Made by a program: the position numbers and the translations under genes. A stretch of 64,000 nt of DNA from Flaccisagitta enflata (Eukaryota): contig OZ231126.1 of assembly GCA_965153355.1 (NCBI GenBank), positions 27,156,001 through 27,220,000 of the forward strand, written 5' to 3'. A model generated the notes under the pieces. The model ran no database searches and had not been told where the DNA came from. It saw only the letters and a program-made list of their open reading frames with translations. This document shows, one piece after another, positions 28,910-58,444 of this stretch. Position 1 is the first letter of the stretch. Each line of letters opens with the position of its first letter.

Positions 28910-29474
28910 CTCTCGCTTTCTCGCTCTTTTGCTCTTTTGCTCTTTTGCTCACTCTCTACTGTAATATAGTAAACCAGTTTTCGCTTTCTATGTCTTTGTT
29001 TATATACTTATCTTTTTAGGTGCGACAAAGCACCTCTTTAACTGGCTGTGTCCATTGGTCGGTCTGTTGGTCTGTCGGGTAACACATTTGTTGGACGATC
29101 CACACATCGCACCTTATTGACCTACTTGGCCTTACTTTTTTTCGAGTTCCGGCTAGTCTGCATTTCCACTTATTTTGGTGAAAAAGAACAGGCAAGACAC
29201 ATAATGGACGAAGAAATTTGCAATGTACATGCATTGTTTATTGGCTATGAAATAAAAAAGGCTGGATAAACGGCAAGACAGTCGCGGATAGTTGGGCAGG
29301 GGCTTTAATGCAAGAACTGCTTGAAATTTAGAAATATTTGGGATGTACCGATGTACCAACCGAGTGACACAGCAAGGTGTTGGCGCTTGTCCGCGACTAA
29401 AAAAGAAACTTCTCTAGGCCAGGAAACTTATTTATCAGACTCTGTTTGTGTGTGCATGTGTATGCGTGTGTTTG

Positions 29475-29544
<70 letters not shown>

Positions 29545-30123
29545 TTTTTTGCTCTTGCTCGCACTCGCTCGCTTACATTGCTCTTGTTCTCGCTCCCGCT
29601 TGTTCTCGCTCCCGCTTGTTCTCGCTCCCGCTTGTTCTCACTCCTGCTCGTTCTCATTCCCGCTCATTCTTGCTCCCGCTATCTCTCGCTCTCGCTTTCA
29701 CTCACTTTCGCACTTGCTCACTCTCACTCTTGCTCACTCTTGCTTGCTCTTGCGCTCTTTGTTGGGCAGCGACCCCAAGGGGCCAATAACCTTTGCGCTC
29801 ACGCATGGGGAAATTTTTCTCCTCCTATGTCCCCCCCCAGCCTCGAAACCCTAATTTCAGCGTTTTTGCACTTTTCAACTTGATCATCATGGACCAATGG
29901 ACCGATGGATGGACGGACGAATGGACAGACAGGCAGCTAAAAATAAAACAAAAAGACAGCTTCAATTTTGCTGCCGCCCCTGCAAAGGGTCACTTCCTTT
30001 GTAATTTCCGTGATAAACCGTGTATCATCATTTCAAGCTCTTGAGAGCGCCTGATGACTCATATTGCCCAAGCTAGAATGAGATTGAATACAATATCTGG
30101 TTGGAAGCCAAGATATTCATGCC

Positions 30124-30195
30124 GCACCCATGGTGTAATGGTATCAAGTGCAACCTGAGAACCAAAGTTCTGAGTTCAAATCCGATTACCATGGT
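30124..30195 (+). pseudogene. Degenerate tRNA-derived sequence (tRNA-Gln-like pseudogene or SINE head)
   Basis: A box CCATGGTGTAATGG and B box GAGTTCAAATCC at tRNA-like spacing; the cloverleaf is not intact. Confidence 0.4.
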
Positions 30196-32247
30196 CGAAA
30201 AGAATTTTTTGGACGGCATGATTAATCGTTGGCGCGTTCTTTGAGGAGTGCTTGCAAATAAACTTGAGGTTTTTTCTCTGTTTTAACAATTTTTTTGAAG
30301 GGGTAAGACTATGAAAATCTAAAAACATAGGTCATGACAGACTCCCTGAATTTTCCCTGGGCACCGGATTCAATGGCCTTAAAGAAAAATAAATATCATA
30401 TTGTTCAGCTTAGAGAGAAAAAAAAGCAAAAAAATCGAGGGAGGGAAAATTTGATATTTACACCATTTTTTGATAACTTATTGTTTGAGTAATGAGTTGA
30501 AATTGTTTTTGTATACTGTGGGATTGATAAATGTCAATGAAAACTCATTATATCATATGATAAGACATTTTTTGAGTTGTTGGGTTGTTGGGTAGTTATG
30601 AATAATGAATGTCTTTGAACCATTTAATTCAAATATGATGATGTATCTGAAGCTTAGAATAACGTAGATTGGTAGAAAGTCGGGCCCACCAGCATGCTGT
30701 GGAACCGAGACATTTACCATAGATTTGTTTCTTGGCGAACGAGAGAGCAGACATAGCATTAGATTTCGACCGCGAAAAAAAATGGTTGCCGATTGAATTT
30801 TGGAAAAAGAAAAACGGCGATCGTTTTAAAATCAACAGCCCCATCTTGCGTCAGCATTATAGTCTCAAATTCAGTCATCCCCGTATTTGACACACCTGAT
30901 TAAGCCACTCTAAGTCATTTTAAGTCATTCTAAATGTAAATCTCAAACGAACTTGGCCTTGTTAACACAAAGTGTAACAGAGTATAACTGTGTCCCAGGC
31001 TTTATTGACAGGTCCCTTTTGCCTGACAGGGTAGCACATTAAGTGATTGAGAGCCTTGTAGGTTGTTTTGAGGAACAGAGGACCAACAGCGGTGGCAAAA
31101 AAGCTGCTGAAATCGAAATAATTTTCACAGTGGATACCAGAATGTTTATGTAAGGGTTTTTGACCCGCAGAATCCGATTCTGAGGTCAAAAATGGCAAAA
31201 TATGGCGGGATCATGGACAGCAAGCGGCCCTGAACGAGCATATTTGGCCCTGAATGAGCGTGTTTTGGGCTTCAGTTACACATGCTTGTATCTAAGAGTA
31301 AGCATAAAAAGAATATGAATTTCCATGGATTTTAGAGTATTTATACATTGAAATACACAACAGAAGAAGTGTGTTTAGATATTTACCACAAAAAATGCTG
31401 TTTTAGGGGCCCTGAAATGAGCATAATATTGGTCAGAATCTGTGATTTTGCGTATTTTACGGTTTGTCAATACTTGCCCGTTTCTACTTATTAGCTTTGT
31501 GAAAATAAGATGGTTTAAAGATTTTAGGCTTTAATTTTACTAAATTTGATATCAACAACAAATGTTTGCTACAATTTTTTGAGTTTTGGGGGTCCAAAAC
31601 GTTTGTAATATCGGCGGAAATATGCGTTTTTGCCGCCTCTAGGTGCTGTTTGTTACTACTGGTAAAGTTGATGCTAATATGATATTCAAATAGTTTTTAA
31701 AGTTTGTCTTGCAGTAATTTGACTTCTTAACAATATCAACTGATAGAAAAATATGAAGAAAAAATGTGCTACAATTTTTTGCCTTTTCAGTCACATGCAC
31801 ACAACTTTATATCTTGCTATGTCCATCCATCCATTTGAATGAATATATAAGCAGCCCTGATCTAAGCGATTTTTTCTAGCATGCACGCAACGCTACAACC
31901 CGCTCTGTCCGTCAGTCTGTCCATCGGTCTCTCATGCTTAGCTTTTTTAGGTGTTTACTCACGGCTTTGGGGTAACTACTGCCCAACTGCTTTGTAGGTC
32001 AATTTCATCACTGGCCCTGCCCACCCGCACGCGATTAGGGTAGCCGTGTATGCGGCCTTGTTTTTTAACGGGCCAGTTGGGCCTGCTTTCATCAAATTTA
32101 GCGGGCCCGTCAGAAAAACAGCGGGCCCGACAAAATTACTGTTCACACACACACACACACACACACACACATTCACTGATACACTCAAATATACTCAACG
32201 ACCAACGGGGGAGAGAGGAAGGAAAACAGACAGACTAACTGACAGAC

Positions 32248-32364
<117 letters not shown>

Positions 32365-35300
32365 AAAAAAAGAAAAATAGATTGAAACAAAGAAAGAGAA
32401 AAACAAAAAAGAAGGAAGCAAGGAAAGAAGGAAAGATGGAAAAAAAAACAGTTGCTCAAAGGTAAAATGTATTCCGTAATATCCAACCTTGAAGGCCTGA
32501 TTTGAAGCCTGAGAGGTTGGATGGGGGGGGATGAATATACAGAGTGACAAATGAGAATGGTATTCCTCTTGCTCAACAAGAATAATAACTTATCATCTAC
32601 AAAATGGCGCCAAGCAGACCTTTATAAGTCAATCCACTTAGAAATGATAAAGCCATTTAATACGTTAAAGACCGCAAAAACCCAAAAAAAGTTAAGTGTG
32701 ACGGACCAATGGACTGAGAGATCAACGTATGAACGGACCGACGGAGCGACGGACGGACCGACAAAGCGGGGTGTAGAGTTGCGTAGCATGCAACTAATAA
32801 GCCATGTCAGCTTTTCTTTGCCCATGGTTAGTTGCATGCGTGCAACTTTACACTCCACTTTGTTCATCCGTCCATTGGTCACACTTGACTTTTTTTTTAA
32901 TATAATGTCAATTCTAAGTCATTTTATGTTATATCATAATCAACTATGTTGAGTCACTTTGGCCAATTAGATCAATTTTGTCACTAAGGTTAGTTATAGT
33001 CATTCTCAGTCATTCTAAGTCATTCTAGGTCATTTTATGTCATTTTAATTTACATCAAGTCACTTAAGTCCATTAGGTTTGTTACCTTTTAACTGCATTC
33101 ACACATTTCTTAAGGTATTGTCGGTTAAGTTCATTTTGAAACATGCCTGAGACAGGGCAAAAGTTGCAGATGGTTGGGCAGGGTCAGTAATACAGCACTA
33201 CAGAACTACAGTACAACAGTATTCCATACGAACATATCTTATATTAACCTATCATACTTTAAACATGGCCGGATACATGGGTCAAGAGGGTGCGCAGGTG
33301 TTAGTAATTTTCAGACCTATCCCAATTCTCAAGCTCTATCAACTCAATCATCTATGAATGAGATAATGAATGAAAAGAAAATATAAAAATTTCTTTTACT
33401 CTGCAGTACCAGACATATTGGCTTATTGCGAGCTCTATCAGACCTCTCCAAAGCACTATTCACCTAACCGCAGATGATTATGATAATGAAATGACAAGAA
33501 ACATGAATATTTTGACCTACACCAAGCTCTGTCAGACCTATCTCAAATTCTGAGACTTAATCGTAGATGAATATGATAATAAAGGAAATAATGAGTGACA
33601 TGAATGATAAAATGAGTTCTCAATTTTTTGACGGTTGGACCAAAAAAGTCAAGTAAGATTGGAAGGAGACACATGGACAGACTAAGAGAGACAATTAAAG
33701 ATAAACAGATAGACACTACAGCAGATGGGTGGGCAGAGGATTAAAAGTCCCCCCTATCCACAATTACACACATTGACAATTGTAATCACAACCACAGTAT
33801 CCCGATTGCCCATTTTCAGTGCAAACCGATGGATGGACAGACAAACGGACGGAGCAAGTTGCCTGTCCACAACTAAGAAAAACAACATTAAAGTTTATAC
33901 TTAAAGATTTAAGCAATTTGACTGGTTCTTGATATTGTTTATAAAAGGTAGATAATTGAAAAGATGTCAAAATTGAGTCAAAAATGCGCATTTGGAGTTT
34001 AAAATGCGCATTTGGGGTCAACAAGGCTGGATACACGGCTACCCCAGTCGCGTGCAGGTTGGCAGGGGCTATATTTGAGGTCACTTCATCATTTGGGCAG
34101 GAGCAGTGAGGCCAAAGAACGCAAAAACCCAAAAAAAGTCAAGTGTGACGGATGGACCGACGGACGGATGGGCGGACGGATGGACGGACAGACCGACAAA
34201 GCGGGGTGTAGAGTCACGTAGCACGCGACTAAAAACAAGTGTACAGAGCTGACCATATACCAGTATCACCTAGTAGTAGTAGTCACAGACCCCTCAGGCT
34301 ATCATCATTGTTTTGTTTTTTTCAGCTTCATATAAGTCACTTTACAGAAGAAAAGAACGAGTTCTCACTCTAGAGAACAGAAAAACCTTAAAAATTGTCA
34401 AAATGCTCATTCTTGGGCCCATATGCTCAATCAGGGCCGGTTGCATCTCAGATTAGTAGTCATAGTCCCCTCAGACTGTTATCATTAAATTCTTCAGTCT
34501 GAAATTAGTAGGTTTACATGAAGAAAATGACAGAATTTCCCTTTAGAGAGCTGTTAAGGCTAAAAAATAGCAAAAATGCTTGTTATGGGGCCAATATGCT
34601 CGATCAGGGCAGCTTGCTGCCCATGATCTGCTCAGAAATCGCTATTTTTGACCTCACAGATCGATTCTACGGTATGAAAAACTTTACATATGTTTTCTGG
34701 AATCGCCTAGGACTATTTCATCGTTTTCTGCTACCAACAGCGCCCATGTCTCTGCATAAGTCAAAATCATGGACAACACTCACCAAGAATAACAAGTAGA
34801 AAATTGTATTTATGCAACAAAAAGGGAATCTACGGGACAGTGTGAACTGTGAGTAAAACTAATGAAATGTTAATACAAGACAATGCATCGATTTGTGTTT
34901 AATTCTTTCGACGAAATTCATCTTGATCCTGGAACCAGCCTAATGATAACAAAACAAATTATAGATTAGCAAATGTGCCTACATAAGAAATTGTCTGTTG
35001 GTTGATAAGATGACAGGGTCCAAAACCGCATCCCTACCAAAATATCCGCCTAAAGCCTTGAGGCCAAAATCCCGTTTCAAGGCCAAAATCCCAGCCTTGA
35101 GGCCCAATTCCATTTTGTTTGTACTCACTGACAGGATTATTTCCATTTTTATCCTCGTAAATCGTCTCCGCATCAAAAGACCTAAAAAATTGAAATCAAA
35201 CAAACTAATTTTGAAATTCATCTTGAAACAAGCCGAACAGGGTTACACTCGTATTATCCTTGTTACTTAAACACACATTATCACTAGGGCCCAGAGTAGT

Positions 35301-35610
35301 CAAGGATTTCAGATTAACTAGTTAATGGTTTACTGACTAATTTTTTAGCTATGAAGCCGTTTTGGGAGGGCCACAAAATTTTTCATGATGGTAGTTGCAT
35401 TAATTAGAAACTTCCCCTTCAAATTTGAAGGGATTCCGACTATTTTTGTAGCCACAATGAATGAAAAACTAGTTATTTTTTGCATTGGGGGCCCTTTTGG
35501 GGCCCTTTTAGGTACCCCACAGTAGTTACACGGTCATGATTATTATTTCCTTAGTATATTACTTCATGAGGCATCCCCAGCTATGAATTTAAAGTGAAGG
35601 TCCCCATTTA

Positions 35611-36171
35611 CAGTATCATCCATCTCGACTGTAACATTTCACGACGACATTGCTCAAAAACTAGAACAGACTGTTCAATTCTGAAAAAAGCATATGAAAA
35701 TTAATTGCTTGGCATTTTATGATAGACTATTTCCCAGACTTTTCTATCAAATTTTGATACTTTTTACACACAAAAGACTTTCTAGCAAATTTTGCAAAAA
35801 AAAGGTCATTTTTCTGTCTTTTTTTCACAAAACTGTATCCAATTACAATTTTTCTCACTTTAACCTTAATCGACATCAATATAATTAATATTTGAGACCT
35901 ATTTGATAACAAGAAGTGAAAACGTTTAGAAAATTAAAGCAAGCCACGAAAAAATTTTTTTGACTAAGTCACAAAAATGTTTGTTTTGCAAAGCATGATT
36001 ATTGGTTCATTGGAAATTTAGGGGTTTAGATTTTCTAAAAAAATCCTGGGCATCAATCATCATAAAATGGCAAATCATTACCTAACAGAGACTTTTTTCA
36101 GAATTAGATTATCTTGATTACTTTTTTAGCAATGCCGTCATAAAATGTTACAGTCGAGATGAATCATACTG
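35611..36171. mobile_element. Tc1/mariner-like MITE (TA TSD)
   Basis: TA-CAGTATCATCCATCTCGACTGTAACATTT / AAATGTTACAGTCGAGATGAATCATACTG-TA. Confidence 0.8.
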
Positions 36172-36513
36172 TAAGAAAAAAAATTTTAGCTAAAAATACT
36201 CAAAAATGGCCATTTTTGGTTGTTTTTTTTTTTTTTTGGGCTGTTTCTAAACGGAGCCTCTTAGGGCTCTAAAAATACCACAGTTGGATTCCCCAGGTTT
36301 TTTACATAGGTTTTAGCCTGCCAACTCATTTTTTTTTTTTTTGCAACTAGAAATAATGCAGCTAGCCCAAATCGTGCATGTGACAATGTGTTTCTTTTAA
36401 TTGCTCTCATTTTTAAATGATTTGATCTACAGATACTAGGTTGGTCTCAAATGACAGAAATTTTGATCTAGTTTTAGAAAATAAAAAGAAAGAAACCTAT
36501 TTTGATACATGTA

Positions 36514-37038
36514 CCATTCGGGTGTGTCAAAAATAAAAAAGTTTCTTTGATCTGATCATCAACATCAGGGTGCATAAACAAAAGAATTTTAAGACCTTTA
36601 GCGTTTTTATTTTTTCAAATTTCATTCATCTTCCGTTTTTTCCAAAACCCCTTTTGCGATGCTAATTTGTATATTGCTGTCTTTTTGATTTTATACACCA
36701 GAATTATTTTTCATAAGTATAATGAAGTAGCTATTTGAATATCTTGGTTTGATTTCTAGTTGGGATTAGGTAAAATCTGTTTTTTTACCACCAAAATCAT
36801 GAAAAGTAATAAAATTAGATATTATTTGTTGAAGTTTTGGGTGTTATTTTCAACAAAACTAGGTGGAGACTCTGAAAGTATATATATTTTTGACAATTTT
36901 TTCCTGCTCTAAAAAAACGGAAGATGACTGAAATTTGAAAAAATAAAAACGCTAAAAGTCTTAAAATTGTTTTGTTTACACACCCTGATGTTGATGATCT
37001 GATCAAAGAAACTTTTTTATTTTTGACACACCGGAATG
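36514..37038. mobile_element. MITE with inverted arms of about 130 bp
   Basis: GGTGTGTCAAAAATAAAAAAGTTTCTTTGATC... is matched in reverse at about 36915-37038. Confidence 0.8.
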
Positions 37039-38110
37039 TACCATAAAAATGTTAAAGAAATGGGATCTTTTTTGAAATTCTAACAAGAGTACCTGCTGAT
37101 AGTTTATAAAATGTATTCAAGACATCATATCAGTGCTTAGTTTAAAGAATACATAAAAACTACTTCAAATTATCCTTCATTTGAGACCAATCTGGCATCT
37201 GTAGCTCAGACCATTTAGAAATGAGAACAATTTAAAGATAAACAGTCTATCTGTCAAATTTTGCCAAATTTTTCAATTTGCCAATTTGGCAAGTAAGTTC
37301 TATGGTTCTTTTAGCGTTGGAGTATCAAATTTCTCTAAAGAGATCCTTTGATTGATATATTATAAAATGTATTTTCATAATCTTTTTAGAACTTTTTCCA
37401 AATTCATTTATCTTAATCATTTTTTCAATTATGAAAGTTGGACAACACTACTACTCAACCCTACTTTACTTAAGGATGAGAGCCTTTGGAGCTCTCACTG
37501 GTGTTTAATCCGGACCCATCACAACTATCCCTAGTATTCAAAATAACCAAGTCTATCTCAACATAATCATGAAATAATTCAAGACAACAATCCAACCAGG
37601 AACCAACCAGGAAAAAATCAATAATTCTAACCTGTTTGCTACAAGTACCAGTGACAAGAAAGAGTACCAGACGATTGTGCTGTTTTGGACCACACATCCA
37701 TCTGATCTTCCCATTGTAAAAGGTTCATGCAACCCACAACCTAAAATCAAAATCCTTTCCACTGATTGAGACCATTCCCTCGAACATTCCATGTCAACCC
37801 AAAATAAAAAGATGCAAAGTAGTCAGCACATCCCCATTATTTATAGTGAACAAATAACCAAATGATGACGTAGCTATCCAAGGATAATCTAGATATCAAA
37901 GGCAATGTTGTTAAAAACCATACCATTAGAGGCAAGAATCGAGAATCAACCATATGGGATCGCCGGCATTCTATACCATGGCACTGAAATGTCGTACTAC
38001 TGTAATCATCAGCAAAAAAGAGTCGCCAGTTTTGAAAAACGATATAACCAAAAGTAGCTTAAATGGTACCCACTTGCGCATTTTGTTTGTTATTGTACAT
38101 CAGTTACAAA

Positions 38111-40819
<2,709 letters not shown>

Positions 40820-42982
40820 GTTACAAAGATACCATTGGCTCAGAAAAAGTTAAAGTATTTCATAAAAACATTTCTTAAGTTCCTGTTTCAAAATAGAAAC
40901 TCAGAAATCAGAACAGAAAAACAGTAAAATCTGGGACTTGAAAATTAGGCTGATTCACTGGCAGCTTATGATTGCTGATGGTTGCAAATGAAAACAATCA
41001 TACTGTATTAGGCAAAGAAGTGTGTTTAACTTTACAATGGTTCACAATTGAGATTTTTAGCTCGTACGTCGAGAAGCATGACGTCAGCTAGTATTTCAAA
41101 TTTCAGGACAATCGCATCAATAGTTTCGAAGTTACGGCCTTTTTCATACTTAAAAAGTAAAAGAGAAAACCGACATTCTCTTTTTCCGTTCTTTCTTTGA
41201 ACTCGCCCCTGATCAAGTTTTTAAAAAATTTTGAAAAAAGTAAGGTTACGGGATTTTAGATTTAGGCGAATTAAATAATTTCCTATCGATTGCACCCCAT
41301 TTTTGAAAACCATTTTTCAAAAAGATAATTTATAATTTTTTTTTCCAAGTCCCTGATGCACTACACAAAAAGATTCTAAGTTTTATGAGAAAAAAAAATT
41401 AGAATACAAAATTTTGGATCTAGGCAAATCAAACAATTTCCTATTGATTGCACCCCACTTTTGAAAAACATTTTTTTAAAAAAATATTTTGTAATCCTTG
41501 ACGCGCGACACAAAAATTTTTGTTTTTTGAAAGAAAAAATTAAAATATAAGATTTTGGATCAAACAATTTCCTATTGAATGCACCCCACTTTTTTTTTAA
41601 TTCTCAATAAGGGCTTTTTTGGGGGCCCTTAAGGGCCCCAAAGAAGAAAATAATGATGTTTAGTTAAAGCCAACGGCGAGAGAAATCGAATCTCCGTAAA
41701 ACAAAATCAAGAACGCCTAGATCAGTGGTGATTTGCGCCTTCAATGACGCTTCAGGGGGCGAGTTTTTTTTCAAAACGAGATGCGCTCTCAGCCTTAGAA
41801 ATTTTAAGTTGTAGCTCGTCCCCTAACTGTATGTATGAGAGAGGTTAAAGAGTGAAAAGTGCGAGGGGGGGGGGGAAGAGGAGAAGGGGGGCCCTAATGG
41901 GCTCTTTATTATGGGCCACTGACCTTCTGTGATGGGCCCTGAACACATGTGCGCAATACGCAGAAGTGCGCAACATCCGATTTTTACGCGGTTTTCAAAT
42001 CTGGAACCGTCACTCGCTCAGCTTAATTCTATAAATTTTATGAGGTTTCAGGACCCTTCAAAATAGACACAATATTACATAAGGTGATGTATAGTTAACC
42101 TGGCTCTCGCTAATACTAAAAGTGACATTTTAGTAGGCTTTTTTCGACCAATATCACGAACTGCCCTGACTATATCATTAACATATGACAGCTTGCCCAC
42201 GAAGCCAACATTTAGGGTATCAAAACGGGTCAAAATAGAAAACATACATGAGTGAAAATATAAAAACAAGTGATCAAAAGTGATTGAGCTAAGACATGCA
42301 TGATATTTGAAAGCAAATTTTGCATCCGTTTGGCAAAAGACTCAGAGATAGCATAAATTACTTAAAAAGATTTACTGAAAATTTCTTCAAATTTCCTTTT
42401 TGTCACTGACAAGGGGTTGGTCGAAATTATAAGTTTGCATAGAAAATGAAAAAACAAAGAACATAGTTCTCTTCCCAAATCGTTTTTAGAGAGAACTATG
42501 TTTTTGAAAATGCAAAATTCTTCTGGGTGTGGCTTTCTTATAATTTCGACCTGAGAAAATAAAAAAAAATGTCAATCGAATTTCACTAAAAATCTTCATA
42601 TTCTTGCCATTTTCCATGAAAATTGTTTATCAAAAGGCGATTTAAAGCGTAAAATATGGAACAGATGTACATATCAAGTGTATCCAATGACAACTTGAGC
42701 AATGATAACATTTGTGGATAGATAACTATCCCATTATTGATGCAAAAGTGGGGTGAAGCGCTTCATTTTTCCCCGGCAGATTTCACGTCATATGACATAC
42801 AGGCGCTTTTATCAATATTGTGCTCGTCAGAGAAGTGGAAATTATAGGGGGGAAAGCGCGCGTTTCGGGCGCGAAATCGAGAAGCGCGGGCAAATGCTCT
42901 CTTTGAGTCTCAACGACCAATTTTCCTTAGCTGTCTTCAATCCCTGTTTTGATGAAAAAATATCTGGCCAAAAATTCATGTC

Positions 42983-54526
<11,544 letters not shown>

Positions 54527-54635
54527 CTTGAGTAAGAAGTGAAGACATTCATTACAAACCAATAAAGGAATTAACCAGTCGCCCGAGAGCAATATGTGCA
54601 CTAGAGAGATCTATGGCCTACTCAAGGTTGACTCA

Positions 54636-55253
54636 ATATGACGCACTGAAAATTACCATAGAATTTGCTACCCGAGCTAGATAAGTCATGAAATTTATAA
54701 AATGAAATTTAATGAAAATTTTTGTTTTAATATTTTCAATATAACTACCAACAACCATATTTTGCATGAATTGACTTGCATATGCCAGTTTTAAATTTCA
54801 ATCCTTTATTTTACAGCTGAAAAAATATGCCAAATTCAACAAAAAACTCATTTTGTCAAGGGACCATGGCTCATTGAAAATTTTAAATTTGCATAGAAAA
54901 TCAAGATATCAAGAAAACAAAAACATAGCGCGATTCCTAAAAGATCAACTTAGGGCGCTATGTTCTTATTTTAATGATATTCGTTTTTTTTATGCAAATT
55001 TAAAATTTTCAGTGAGCAGTTACTGAAATGATTGTCACTATTTTATTCACTTTTTAGTCTCATCAGAATTGAATATTTTTCAATCTTTTTGCATTTCTGT
55101 CCTTTGCCGGTGACAGATGAGTTTCCTCATGTAAGTTTACAATTCAAAGTACAAAGAAATAAACACAAGCATTGACCTAAGCAAAAATGGTAACATGAAT
55201 GAAACTTAAATCTCTGGGTAAATTCCTCTTACTTAAATTTCAGTGCGTCATAT
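54636..55253. mobile_element. MITE with ATATGACGCACTGAAA inverted ends, nested in a 21-bp-core repeat
   Basis: Perfect 16-bp inverted termini; the host repeat continues on both flanks. Confidence 0.75.
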
Positions 55254-56022
55254 CTGAGAGGGCTGATTGAGGCCTGAGAAGGTTGATTTGAGGTACGAAA
55301 GGCCTAATTTGAGGTCTAAGAGAGCTTCTAGAGGCCAGAGAGGAATTATCTCAGGCCTAAGAGGGAGGGGGGGACGAACGAACAAACAAACTAACGTCCC
55401 CATGTTCTACAGGTTTTCGTCCCGTTTGATGCCGCTGCCTAAAGGCTAAAAGACAATGGAAGGAGGAAAATAAAAGAAGTAAACGGCAAGAAAAAACGAA
55501 AGAGAGAAAGTCAAACAGACAGAAAGTCAGATAGCTTGCCGCGTATGCAAATTTGAAAAAAATCTGCGGCCGCACAAACGCAGGTGGTTCACCTCGGATC
55601 ACCTCAGCCTGAGTGCATGTGTGGCATCCTGCCTTTATACCCCTGCCCAGCTGCACGGTATCAATGTAGTCGTGTAACCGTTTAAAGGTAAGTAGGGAGG
55701 TGATTACAAAATATCGCCCTTTGACTTTGAGTATCATTAACTGTTTAGTACTATGCGGCATTGCGGCAGCATAGCAGAATCGGGACATCTAATACTGAAT
55801 ATATTACTGACTCTATAACTGAGTGTATGTCAAAACTGTCAATCTTAATCCAGTCTCATTGGTGTTGAGTGTGGATTGAGTAAGTCCATTTTAATAGGTC
55901 CTTTCCATGGTCTTTCAGACGACACCATCCAAAACATGTGAAAATGAGAATAAGATTTTAAGCTTTGAACAATACATTATTGGAAAACCTATCGAATTTT
56001 GATTACAGACGAAAGTGAAATA

Positions 56023-56996
56023 CAAGAAGTTAACCCCCCAAAAACTGTAGCACCCCCCCCCCTACAGCCGCAATCGCTGAATGAAGATTTGCATTTGAGA
56101 TAGAGAATAAAAGCTTACATCAATACAATTAGCCTCATCAGAGCGATTTTGGAATTTCATTCCCAGTAAAGAGTTATACTATCTAGGCGGAAAAAATCTT
56201 TCGGTACGTTTACATGCATATCTCAGGTTAGAATCAACCAAACATCAAAAAATCGGTGAGATAAATAAAGCTCTTCAAATTTGCAAGAGATTGACGCAAA
56301 CCGCATCCGTCTAGCTCTATGCATTCAAAAACTAGTCAACTTTAAATGAAATACTTCAGTTTTACTTTTGCCATTTCTCCACAATCTTCTGATGATATCA
56401 TTTCACTCTTTTTTTGATTACTTCTAAACGCCTTGAGCTGGACAGATGCGATTTGTGGTGCCTGCTTGCAAATTCGGAGGGCTTCATTTATGTCACCAAT
56501 TTTTCTACGATTTAATGATTCTTTTGAAAACTGTGAGTCTAAATGTAGCGAAAGAATAGACAATAAAAAATTGCGAGAAAGATATGCAAAGCCTTCACTC
56601 CCTAGTAACTCGAACTGCTCTACAAAACGTTTCTGAAACAAATGTCGGCTCTGATTCAGTCAAAGGGAGCTCACACTAATTATTGATGGATTTGTAATTG
56701 ATTTGTATTCATTTTTACGCCAATGAATATGTTTTTGTTACAGAACGAAAGATTTTTTCCGCCTAGATAGTAGCTTAAAAACTAGCTAAAATTAACACTT
56801 TTTGAATTATGCTAAAAATGAAATTTTTTACTAGTTTTTTAGCTATAACTTTTTACTGGGAATGAAATTCTAAAATCGCTCTGATGAGGCTAATTGTATT
56901 GATATAAGCTTCCATTCCCCATCGTATACGTCTTTCGTCAATCTTTGGTTGAGGCTGTAGGGGGGGTGCTACAGTCTTTGGGGGGTTAACTTCTTG
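56023..56996. mobile_element. Tc1/mariner-like non-autonomous element (TA TSD) with long imperfect TIRs
   Basis: TA-CAAGAAGTTAACCCCCCA / TGGGGGGTTAACTTCTTG-TA; arms extend about 150 bp. Confidence 0.85.
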
Positions 56997-57414
56997 TAAG
57001 CAAACAACCTTCGTTAACCTTAGCGGTGTGTCGTATAAGCGTAATTTCCTAATCCCTGAAAGTCTTCATATCATCAGTTTTCTGACGGAAATTGTCAAAA
57101 TTTGAGAAACCAGTACAACAAGCCCGAGCGGGCAACTAGATGCGTCATCTGCGTGATATTAGAAAAGGCGTAACGGACGGACGGACGGACGGACGGACGG
57201 ACGGACGGACGGACGGACGGACGGACGGACCCTCTTATAGAGATGCGATGACGCATCTAAAAAGATAGGGAAAGAGATGAACAGAGCCACGAAATTGTTG
57301 AAGAGGAAGGGGAAGAAAAAGAAAAAGAAGAAGAAAAAGAAAAAGAAGAAGAAGAAGAAGAAGAAGAAGTTTGTGGCCTACCCAAATTTCTAGGTGTAAC
57401 CAATGCGGCAATAT

Positions 57415-58090
57415 GCTACTCCCGCTAGACTTTCACTCCCGGCTATCTCTCCAGCCACTTCTGGCTTCCGACTCCTTTCTTCCCGGCACTTAGTCCATTC
57501 CTCTCCACTTATTTCCTCCAACTTCTCTCTTGCCACTCCCCAGACTCCTCTTCTGTAATTCCCGCCTCTTCTGCAACTTCCTCTTTCCTGCTTCTCCCAA
57601 TCTTCAACCTCTCCCACTCTCCAACTCTCCCGCCAATCCTTCTCTCCCCCACTGCTGCTACTCCTGCCCTCCCGCTATTCCGCCCATCCGGCTATTCCGC
57701 CAATCCCGCTCCTCTTGCTCCTCCCGCTCCCGCAACTCCCGCTCCTCCCCCAGTAACTCCCGCTCCTCCCGCTCCCGCAACTCCCGCTCCTCCCGCTCCC
57801 GCAACTCCCGCTCCTCCCGCTCCCGCTCCTCCCGCTCCCGCAACTCCCGCTCCTCCCGCTCCCGCAACTCCCGCTCCCGCAACTCCCGCTCCCGCAACTC
57901 CCGCTCCCGCAACTCCCACTCCTCCCGCTCCCGCTCCTCTCACTCCCGCAACTCCCGCTCCTCCCGCTCCCGCAACTCCCGCTCCTCCCGCTCCCGCAAC
58001 TCCCGCTCCTCCCGCTCCTCCCGCTCCTCGCGCTCCCGCAACTCCCGCTCCTCCCGCTTCCGCAACTCCCGCTCCTCCCGCTTCCGCGAG
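57415..58090. repeat. C-rich low-complexity array (CTCCCG/CTC/CAA units)
   Basis: Directly visible; an opposite-orientation relative lies at 61560-62665. Confidence 0.9.
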
Positions 58091-58376
58091 AGAGAAAAGG
58101 ATTAGGTGAAGGACGAAAGATGGGAATGATGAAAGAAAGAAAACAATGGAAAGAAAAAAAGAGAGAAAGGAAGACATAAAGAAAAGAAGAGAAGCGGGAA
58201 AAAAACTAGGAAGTAGAAATGGAAAACAGAAAGAAAGGAAGAAAGAAAAAAAAAGAAAAAAAAAGAAAAGAAAAAAGAAAAAAAGAAAAAAAGAAAAAAA
58301 GAAAAAAAGAAAAAAAGAAAAAAAGAAAAAAAGAAAAAAAGAAGAAAAGAAAAAAAGAGAAAAGAAGAAAAGAAAA

Positions 58377-58444
<68 letters not shown>

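Noticed and set aside
55357-55788. ORF and TATAAAG motif (about 55633-55639, minus) as first exon or promoter
   Set aside because: It overlaps a decayed HINE-like end (TACACGACTAC...GCTGGGCAGGGG), and I found no convincing donor in the phase needed for exon 54526.
56342-56641. 99-aa ORF as a transposase or host exon
   Set aside because: It lies inside a non-autonomous TIR element, is short, and has no DDE or HTH motif that I can recognise.
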